Origin: Deltaproteobacteria bacterium
Lineage (GTDB): Bacteria > Bdellovibrionota > JACOXK01 > 2-02-FULL-40-11
Reading direction: 5' to 3'
DNA: 39,895 nt
Assembly (NCBI GenBank): GCA_016193105.1
Contig: JACPSU010000103.1
Span: 1 to 39,895 of the forward strand
Numbering within the stretch: position 1 is the stretch's first letter; each line of letters starts with the position of its first letter. Below the pieces are notes generated by a model. That model was not told the origin of the DNA. It did not search any database and saw only the letters and a list, made by a program, of their open reading frames with translations. This document shows positions 19,168 to 28,040 of the stretch, in pieces. The translations under genes were made by a program, and so were the position numbers.

Positions 19168-19617
19168 TTATTGTACGCGGAAGGTGCCTATTTTGAACGT
19201 TTCTCCATTGGGAAGTTTCAAGTAGAGAAGTCCAGAGATCACTTGATCGGTGATATGTGTGGCCTTAAGAGTATATGTATCTCGATCAATACGAGTGACT
19301 GGATCTAAATAGGACAGGAGTAAATAGCCTGAATCTGTGCTCGTAGGCCAGTAGTCAATATCTAGAAATTCTGAAGGATTAAATATTCCATTGCCGACCT
19401 TCACTCCATAAATTGTAACCATGCCTGTAAGAGCGTGGCTTTCATCATTGGTGAAGTTTAATGTAATTTGTTTATAGCCATTGGCCCCTTCATCGGTTGT
19501 CAAAAATCCATTCCAGGCTTTAGAGATCAATCTTTGATGAAGTCCGGTCGGCACCTGTGTGGCAAAGGAACTCACTGAAATTAAAAAAAGTGCGGTGAAA
19601 AATAAGACCTTTTTCAT
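19168..19617 (-). CDS. small exported protein, unknown function
   Basis: ATG at 19617 is preceded by GGAGGG. Signal peptide MKKVLFFTALFLISVSSFA. The composition looks beta-rich. The longer 19674 start in the ORF track lacks an SD and would bury the signal peptide. Confidence 0.55.
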   Translation of the reverse strand: MKKVLFFTALFLISVSSFATQVPTGLHQRLISKAWNGFLTTDEGANGYKQITLNFTNDESHALTGMVTIYGVKVGNGIFNPSEFLDIDYWPTSTDSGYLLLSYLDPVTRIDRDTYTLKATHITDQVISGLLYLKLPNGETFKIGTFRVQ

Positions 19618-19646
19618 AACGATACCCTCCCTTATTATTAAAATGA

Positions 19647-22131
<2,485 letters not shown>

Positions 22132-22167
22132 TTAAGCACTTCAAAGATTAAGTGAATCCGCTTTGAG

Positions 22168-22802
22168 ATGTCAATGATTCAATTAAAAACATATATTTTT
22201 TTAGATTCACTGCAACCCCAACTTGCTACTTTTGTGGGCACAACCGCCAATGGATTTCTCCCTTCTCCTTATGATGCCTCTTTATTTGTAGAAATTGCTC
22301 CTGGGATTGCCATTAATCGAGTGCTAGATTCAGCGCTGAAAGCCACAAAGGTTCGTCCGGCCTATCAAATTGTGGAGCGATCGTTTGGAATGTTAGAAGT
22401 GCACCATCCGATCCGGATCAAGGCGAAGTCAAACAAGCAGGGCTTGCTGTGCTCAAAGGTTTGGAGAGCACAGAAGAAAAAAGACAAAAACCAAAAATTG
22501 CGACCAACCAAGTCATTCGCTCGATCGAAGCCGATCAAGCCACCATTATTAATCGAAGAAGACAGGGCTCGATGGTGCTTCCCGGCCAATCTTTATTTAT
22601 TTTGGAAACCCATCCTGCTTCTTATATTGCGTTTGCGGCCAATGAAGCCGAAAAAGCCGCACGCATTCATTTAATTGAAATGATTCCCTTCGGAGCTTTT
22701 GGAAGATTGTATTTAAGTGGGTCGGAGTCAGAGATTGATTCTGCCCGGGATGCCGCGATACAGGCATTGGAGTCTGTAAGCGGAGTGGAAAGTAAAGACT
22801 AA
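22168..22802 (+). pseudogene. tandem BMC-domain shell protein (BMC-T-like) interrupted by a frameshift near 22405-22420
   Basis: Frame 1 (22168->) gives a good first BMC domain up to ..[12 protein letters not shown] and then basic junk. Frame 3 is open from 22317 and reads ..[19 protein letters not shown].. followed by a full second BMC domain ([50 protein letters not shown]) to the stop at 22802. Confidence 0.7.
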
Positions 22803-22812
22803 GGAGGTCACT

Positions 22813-23136
22813 ATGTCAGATGCATTAGGTCTATTAGAAACAAAAGGCTTTGCAGCCATGGTTGAAGCTGCAGATGCTATGGTCAAAGCTGCCAAAGTAG
22901 AATTGGTTGGCTATGAAAAAATTGGTGCAGGTCTTGTCACCGCCATTGTTCGCGGGGATGTGGCTGCAGTGAAAGCTGCAACCGAAGCCGGTGCCAGAAG
23001 CGCAGAAAAAGTTGGAGAACTTGTGGCTGTTCATGTCATTCCTCGTCCACATACGAATCTTGAATCTTCTCTCCCTTTGGGACGTGGACCAGAAACAGAA
23101 GCTCCAGCTCGTCGTACCAAAGAAGCTAGAGCATAA
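22813..23136 (+). CDS. BMC-H shell hexamer protein (PduA/EutM/CcmK family) with a charged C-terminal tail
   Basis: [61 protein letters not shown] is the canonical BMC domain. AAGGAGG lies 7 nt upstream of the ATG. Confidence 0.92.
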   Translation: MSDALGLLETKGFAAMVEAADAMVKAAKVELVGYEKIGAGLVTAIVRGDVAAVKAATEAGARSAEKVGELVAVHVIPRPHTNLESSLPLGRGPETEAPARRTKEARA

Positions 23137-23156
23137 CTCGCGGAGTTTAATCTTTT

Positions 23157-23450
23157 ATGTTTGTTGGTCGTGTCGTAGGGACAGTTGTCTCTACACAAAA
23201 AGATCCAGCTCTTTTGTCCACTAAACTTTTGGTGGTAGAGCAGACCGATATGCGCGGTTCGCCTAAAGGCGCTCATCTCGTAGCCGTAGATTCTGTGGGG
23301 GCTGGTGTTGGTGAGCTCGTACTGTATGCGTCTGGAAGTTCTGCGCGCCAAACCGAAATCACTCAGAATAAACCGGTCGATGCCGTCATCATGGGGATTA
23401 TTGATACCATCACGGTCAAAGGCGAAACCGTCTTTACCAAAGAGAAGTGA
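23157..23450 (+). CDS. BMC-P vertex pentamer protein (EutN/CcmL family), paralog 1
   Basis: MFVGRVVGTVVSTQKDPALLSTKLLVVEQ...AVIMGIIDTI is typical of EutN/CcmL. Confidence 0.88.
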   Translation: MFVGRVVGTVVSTQKDPALLSTKLLVVEQTDMRGSPKGAHLVAVDSVGAGVGELVLYASGSSARQTEITQNKPVDAVIMGIIDTITVKGETVFTKEK

Positions 23451-24868
23451 TGAACCAAGATCAAATCTCTCATGTGGTTGAAAAAGTACTTGAGCGTCTG
23501 AAAACCACAGAAGCTTGGTCTCCAAAAGAAGACACGGTTATTTCTCCTCTCAAATTTATTTCTAAAAGTGGTCTTTTTGATTCTGTAGAAGAAGCTGTTC
23601 AAGCTGCCATTGAGGCGCAACGAGAACTCGTTCGTCTTTCTTTAGAGAAAAGAAAAGAGTTAATTGAAAAAATTCGCGAGGCCTGTCGCGCGGAAGCTAA
23701 AAATTTAGCTGAGATGGCGGTCAAAGAAACGGGCCTGGGACGGGTCGAAGATAAAATCCAAAAAAATCTTTTGGTGATCAATAAAACCCCAGGGGTGGAA
23801 GCGGTAGAACCTTGTGTGTTTACTGGAGATCATGGCCTCACTCTGGTCGAACGTGCGCCCTATGGTGTGATTGGAGCGATTACCCCCTGTACCAATCCCA
23901 CAGAAACGATTATTTGCAATAGCATTGGAATGATTGCCGCCGGAAATAGCGTGGTCTTTAATGCGCACCCCTTGGCCAAAAATGTGTGTGCCAAAATTGT
24001 TGATATTATTAATCGAGCCATTGTCGATAACGGCGGACCCCATAACGTGCTCTCTTCGATTTATAATCCGTCGATTGCAACTGCTCAAGAGCTCATGAAA
24101 CACAAAAAAATTAGACTTTTGGTTGTGACCGGAGGGCCAGATGTGGTCAAAGCGGCGATGAATTCTGGAAAAAAAGTGATTGCGGCAGGACCTGGAAATC
24201 CTCCTGTGGTAGTGGATGAAACAGCAAATATTGAACAAGCGGCACGAGATATTGTGCGGGGTGCCAGCCTCGATAACAACATTGTTTGCATTGCAGAAAA
24301 AGAAATTATTTGTGTGGACTCTGTGGCAGACGCTTTAAAAGAAGCGATGAAAAAACATGGAGTCTATGAAGTTAATCCCTATCAATTAAAACAGCTTGAG
24401 AAAGTCATTTTAAAAGAAACGACTCCCAACAAGGCCTTTATTGGAAAAAATGCGAGTGTAATTTTAAAAGAAATTGGAGTAACAGTTGGCGATGACATCC
24501 GTCTTGTTTTGGCTGAAACCCCTGCCGATCATTTGTTTGTAACGCGAGAACTTTTAATGCCTGTGCTTCCTTTGGTTCGGGTGAAAGATGTGGATGAAGC
24601 TATTGAACTTGCTAAAGAAGTAGAGCATGGATTTGGTCACACCGCTGTGATGCATTCTAAAAATATTGATCACCTTCATAAAATGGCCAAGAGAGTTCAA
24701 ACGGCTATTTTTGTGAAAAATGGCCCCTCTTTTTCAGGCCTTGGGCTTGAAGGTGAAGGATATACCTCTTTTACAATTGCCTCCCCAACAGGTGAAGGAC
24801 TCACCTCTGCGAAAAATTTTACAAAAGAATTGCGGTGTGTCCTTAAAGACAGCTTCCGCATAATATGA
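23450..24868 (+). CDS. CoA-acylating aldehyde dehydrogenase (EutE/PduP type) with an N-terminal encapsulation-peptide-like extension
   Basis: AAGPGNPPVVVDETANI and catalytic DNNIVCIAEKE motifs. About 40 aa of N-terminal extension contains the amphipathic helix DQISHVVEKVLERLK. The ATG at 23450 overlaps the upstream TGA (TGATG); GTG 23447 is an alternative start. Confidence 0.9.
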   Translation: MNQDQISHVVEKVLERLKTTEAWSPKEDTVISPLKFISKSGLFDSVEEAVQAAIEAQRELVRLSLEKRKELIEKIREACRAEAKNLAEMAVKETGLGRVEDKIQKNLLVINKTPGVEAVEPCVFTGDHGLTLVERAPYGVIGAITPCTNPTETIICNSIGMIAAGNSVVFNAHPLAKNVCAKIVDIINRAIVDNGGPHNVLSSIYNPSIATAQELMKHKKIRLLVVTGGPDVVKAAMNSGKKVIAAGPGNPPVVVDETANIEQAARDIVRGASLDNNIVCIAEKEIICVDSVADALKEAMKKHGVYEVNPYQLKQLEKVILKETTPNKAFIGKNASVILKEIGVTVGDDIRLVLAETPADHLFVTRELLMPVLPLVRVKDVDEAIELAKEVEHGFGHTAVMHSKNIDHLHKMAKRVQTAIFVKNGPSFSGLGLEGEGYTSFTIASPTGEGLTSAKNFTKELRCVLKDSFRII

Positions 24869-24873
24869 TGGGT

Positions 24874-25010
24874 CTGTTGAAAAAGTTAAAGCTGTTCAAA
24901 AAGGCCCAGATACTAGGCGCCCAAGGAGTGACGACTGAGGCGTACTTAATCGTACGTCGAAGGAGGCACGACGAGGGTAACGACGGAGATGGGACTTTTT
25001 CAACAGCTTT
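24874..25010 (+). promoter_or_regulatory. GC-rich structured intergenic element bounded by a 13-bp perfect inverted repeat; candidate cis-regulatory or processing RNA within the BMC operon
   Basis: CTGTTGAAAAAGT (24874-24886) pairs with ACTTTTTCAACAG (24994-25006). A second left-arm copy, AAAGCTGTTCAAAAAGG, sits at 24888-24904. The core carries three ACGAC-GAGG motifs and two AAGGAG. The right arm ends at the start codon of the next gene. Confidence 0.5.
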
Positions 25011-25565
25011 ATGATGAAACCAGCAATTGGACTTATAGAACTTAGCAGTATTGCGCGTGGGTTTTTGGCGCAAGATGCGATGATTAAAAAAGCTTCCGTG
25101 GAGCTTTTGATGTCTGAAACCACCTCTCCTGGGAAATATTTGGTTTTGGTCAGTGGCGATGTGGCTTCGGTTCAAGAGGCTACACAGGCGGGCATTCAAA
25201 TAGCCGAAAGTTTTCTCGTAGATTCTTTATTTATTCCCAATGTGCATGAACAAGTTGTCCCTGCAATTAAAAAGCACTTTCAAAAAACAAAATTAGATTC
25301 TGTGGGAGTTGTAGAAACGTTGTCTGTAGCTTCAGCGATTGTTTCAGCCGATCAAGCCTTAAAAACGGCTCATGTGAGTTTGGTTGAAATGAGATTGGGG
25401 CAAGGGTTGGGGGGAAAAGGATATTTTGTTTTAAGTGGAGCTTTAAGTGAAGTCGAAGCCGCTGTAAGCCAGGCAGTTAAAGTTTTAGAAGGATCTAATA
25501 TGTATTTACGAAGTGAGTTGATTGCCCGTCCTCATGAGGATTTTTCTGTGAGAGTATCGCCATGA
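25011..25565 (+). CDS. BMC-T shell protein, PduT-like tandem BMC domains (cysteine-free)
   Basis: 184 aa, collinear by eye with Salmonella PduT (AIGLIELSSIA..DAM.K.A.V.LL.S.T..PGK...VGVVET.SVA..I.AAD.A.K...V.LV......GGK.Y....G..S.V..AV......IPRPHE). Position 39 is Ser where PduT has the Fe-S ligand Cys38. Confidence 0.85.
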   Translation: MMKPAIGLIELSSIARGFLAQDAMIKKASVELLMSETTSPGKYLVLVSGDVASVQEATQAGIQIAESFLVDSLFIPNVHEQVVPAIKKHFQKTKLDSVGVVETLSVASAIVSADQALKTAHVSLVEMRLGQGLGGKGYFVLSGALSEVEAAVSQAVKVLEGSNMYLRSELIARPHEDFSVRVSP

Positions 25566-25825
25566 ATTTAGGAAAAGTGTTGGGAGTGGTAGTAGCCACT
25601 CAAAAAGATTCTTCTTTAAAGGCTTCAGCGCTCTATGTTTTAGAGCCTCAAGACGAACATCAAAAGCCAACGGGAGATTTATTGATTGCTGCAGATACGG
25701 TGGGTTCTCGCCCGGGAGATCAAGTGATTTGGGTTTCTTCGCGAGAAGCAGCGTTAGCGATGCCAGAAACTTTTACCCCCGTCGACGCCGCCATTATTGG
25801 AATCGTGGATTCGGTGTCTGTATGA
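25562..25825 (+). CDS. BMC-P vertex protein (EutN/CcmL family), paralog 2
   Basis: MNLGKVLGVVVATQKDSSLKASALYVLEP...AAIIGIVDSV. ATGA overlap with the upstream BMC-T. Confidence 0.88.
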   Translation: MNLGKVLGVVVATQKDSSLKASALYVLEPQDEHQKPTGDLLIAADTVGSRPGDQVIWVSSREAALAMPETFTPVDAAIIGIVDSVSV

Positions 25826-26088
25826 TCTTAGCCAAAGTCTTAGGCCCTGTCGTGGCCACACAAAAACACGAAGCACTCAAGGGTCGTACGCTTTATGTGG
25901 TCCAACCTATCGATAAAAATAAAAATGCTAAAGGAAATACGTTCTTAGCTCTAGATTCTGTTCAAGCTCGGGTGGGAGATCTTGTTCTCATCAATCGTGA
26001 AGGAGGCTCTTGCCGCCAAATCCTTCAAAATGATCTTGCTCCTATCAATGCCTTAATCTGTGGAATTGTTGATCAGCTAGATATCTAA
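25822..26088 (+). CDS. BMC-P vertex protein (EutN/CcmL family), paralog 3
   Basis: MILAKVLGPVVATQKHEALKGRTLYVVQP...ALICGIVDQL. ATG 25822 overlaps the TGA of paralog 2 (ATGA). The 25729 start in the ORF track is an out-of-context extension. Confidence 0.88.
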   Translation: MILAKVLGPVVATQKHEALKGRTLYVVQPIDKNKNAKGNTFLALDSVQARVGDLVLINREGGSCRQILQNDLAPINALICGIVDQLDI

Positions 26089-27917
26089 GCCCCTGACATT
26101 CCAGTTCCTGAACTAAAAATTCTTTCACATGGATCTTGGAGCGCTTTTTCAATGTCTTCCCGAGAGATCAAGGAAAGATGTCCTTTTTCTATCATTAAAC
26201 GTTGGGTTACCTCGATAAATTTTACAACCTGCTCAGAAGTGACATCTGCTGAACGTGCTCCAGTTGCTTCTAACGAATGAAGAATTCTTTCTGCGAGGGC
26301 TATTCGTATTTCCTTGGGGCTTCTTCCCTCCTTGCGAAGTGAACGTGTGATGTTTTCTTGGTGTTCGATCACAGAAAGTATTCTTAGGAGTGTGTCTGTG
26401 AGAGGAGAGCGAGCATGAAGTTTGACGCGGTTTTCAGCAAGAAATTCAGTTATCCCCCGTGTAAAAACTTTTTCTTGGCCTAGGGCTGGAGCATGGTGGG
26501 CAAGGGTTGCTTGGAGGGCATGGGCTTGAAAACTTTCTGTGTCCTGAGCTGAAATGATATGGGTTCGCTTAAGTTCTTCTCGGATGGAAGCAAAGGTAAT
26601 ATCTCTTCCTTCCAATTGCATTCTTGCAATGGCCATTAAGACGACCTCAGCACGAAATCGGTAGGTGGCTTGCACGAGATCCTGAATTGTTTGGATCTGG
26701 GGTATCGTTCTTAAAATCTCCAAGATATGGCGAATTTTATCTAAGGATAAAACAGGATCGTCTTGTGTTGTGAAAGGACTTTCAGGGTTGAGCAAAACCT
26801 GACGAATAGCTTCTTCTAAACTCATTGAAGTCGTATCCAATCCTCTTTTTTGAACAATTTCATAGGCTGAAAAAACAACATCCACTTGTTCAAAATCACT
26901 TAAAAAAGGAGGAGGACTGACAAGGAGAATTCGGAGGTCTTCTGTAGAAAGAGTCGTTTGTTCTGAGAAAATAAAGTGTTTTTGACTCAGCCAGTCTAAA
27001 ATAGTTTTGGGAGTGGCTACTTGTTGGTGTCTTAAAAAAACTCTTTTTGCAACCTGTGCATAGGTACGTTCAAGACGATGGACGATCTCTTTTTCGTTGA
27101 GAGGTTCCTCTGGATGTTGTTGACGCCATTCGTCTCGGAGATTTAAAATTTGGACGATTTTAAAAAGGGTAATATAAATATAAGAAGAGCCCCACAAGTG
27201 TCCATGAATTCTGTTTATATAATGGCGAGTTTTTCTGGCTTCAGCCCAGAGTGCATCTCTCTCAAGAAGAAAAGCTTCCGAACGAAGAACAGCTCGTACC
27301 TGTTCATGAGCATTAGAAACGTCACTGGAGGAGCTTTCAATGATGTCAGGATCGGCTGCGATAGCTCCACGGATGGAGTCCCCATACGTTTGTCTTCGTT
27401 GTTCGATAAGATCTCGAGAAATTCTTTCTATATGGGAATCTGAAAGTCTTTCTTCATCCGCCTCAATCATAAGGCCACGATGCTTAAGATAGTGTTTGAT
27501 ATGGATAGGGGTCATTTCTTGAGAGGTGGCTATTAAAAAAGTAAGCGCTTCTTTAACATAAGATCGAATAAGTTCGTCTTCAATGTCCCTTTGAAAGCTG
27601 AGAGAAGACTCCTGAGGGTGAGCTACTGCAGCAGAACTTCGATACCTGGCTTTTAGAACGCTCTCAACAAACTCGGCAGAGATCACCAGCTTTAAGCCTT
27701 TGGGGAGCTTACGCCAGACCCGACCTGCTGCTGTTTGAAAACCGAGGCGAGGTTCATGCCAGCTTTGTTGATTTCGAACGATGTCTAAAGAATAAAGAAC
27801 TTCAAAGACTTTGTCTTCAAGGGGGAGGTTTTTAGGAGCTGTCGTTTGAGAATAAATAAAATTGTTATTGATTAGAAAACATAGAAAGATTAAAAAAATC
27901 AGATAGATGCGCTTCAT
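26085..27917 (-). CDS. large exported protein of unknown function (610 aa, composition looks helical)
   Basis: Long uninterrupted ORF with signal peptide MKRIYLIFLIFLCFLINNNFIYSQ. I recognise no family motif. Its stop overlaps the stop of the last BMC-P gene by 4 nt (convergent). Confidence 0.7.
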   Translation of the reverse strand: MKRIYLIFLIFLCFLINNNFIYSQTTAPKNLPLEDKVFEVLYSLDIVRNQQSWHEPRLGFQTAAGRVWRKLPKGLKLVISAEFVESVLKARYRSSAAVAHPQESSLSFQRDIEDELIRSYVKEALTFLIATSQEMTPIHIKHYLKHRGLMIEADEERLSDSHIERISRDLIEQRRQTYGDSIRGAIAADPDIIESSSSDVSNAHEQVRAVLRSEAFLLERDALWAEARKTRHYINRIHGHLWGSSYIYITLFKIVQILNLRDEWRQQHPEEPLNEKEIVHRLERTYAQVAKRVFLRHQQVATPKTILDWLSQKHFIFSEQTTLSTEDLRILLVSPPPFLSDFEQVDVVFSAYEIVQKRGLDTTSMSLEEAIRQVLLNPESPFTTQDDPVLSLDKIRHILEILRTIPQIQTIQDLVQATYRFRAEVVLMAIARMQLEGRDITFASIREELKRTHIISAQDTESFQAHALQATLAHHAPALGQEKVFTRGITEFLAENRVKLHARSPLTDTLLRILSVIEHQENITRSLRKEGRSPKEIRIALAERILHSLEATGARSADVTSEQVVKFIEVTQRLMIEKGHLSLISREDIEKALQDPCERIFSSGTGMSGA

Positions 27918-28040
27918 TTGGGCTCCGTTTTTTATAAATTTTAAAGAGGGGAAAGGGGTAAAAAACAGTTTTATATAGCATAATTTTATAGGAGGAGCAA
28001 TTGATTTTGCCTAAAATTTATGCTACAAAGGAACGTTTTT

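Noticed and set aside
22476-22483. A-run (GAAAAAAG) in the frameshifted shell gene as a programmed -1 ribosomal frameshift site
   Set aside because: The conserved BMC-domain sequence already continues in frame 3 from about 22410 ([19 protein letters not shown]), which is upstream of the A-run. Shifting at the A-run would include ~25 residues of frame-1 junk. The motif is also not a proper X XXY YYZ heptamer in the zero frame.
23031-24238. Long minus-strand ORFs (164 aa at 23031-23525; 177 aa at 23705-24238; 68 aa at 24085-24291) antisense to the BMC-P and aldehyde dehydrogenase genes
   Set aside because: Their translations are low-complexity and Arg/Ser/His-rich with no motifs. The plus-strand genes carry unmistakable conserved motifs, so these are shadow ORFs.
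24989-25045. 18-codon upstream ORF (ATG 24989, MGLFQQLYDETSNWTYRT*) overlapping the BMC-T start out of frame
   Set aside because: The GGAG abuts the ATG with no spacing, the peptide has no recognisable features, and it may be a chance ORF. It is worth a look only if ribosome profiling shows initiation there.
24843-25199. 118-aa and 75-aa minus-strand ORFs spanning the BMC intergenic element
   Set aside because: They run antisense through the well-supported PduT-like gene and the AldDH 3' end, have no SD or plausible start context, and have junk-like composition. The element is better explained as RNA/DNA structure.
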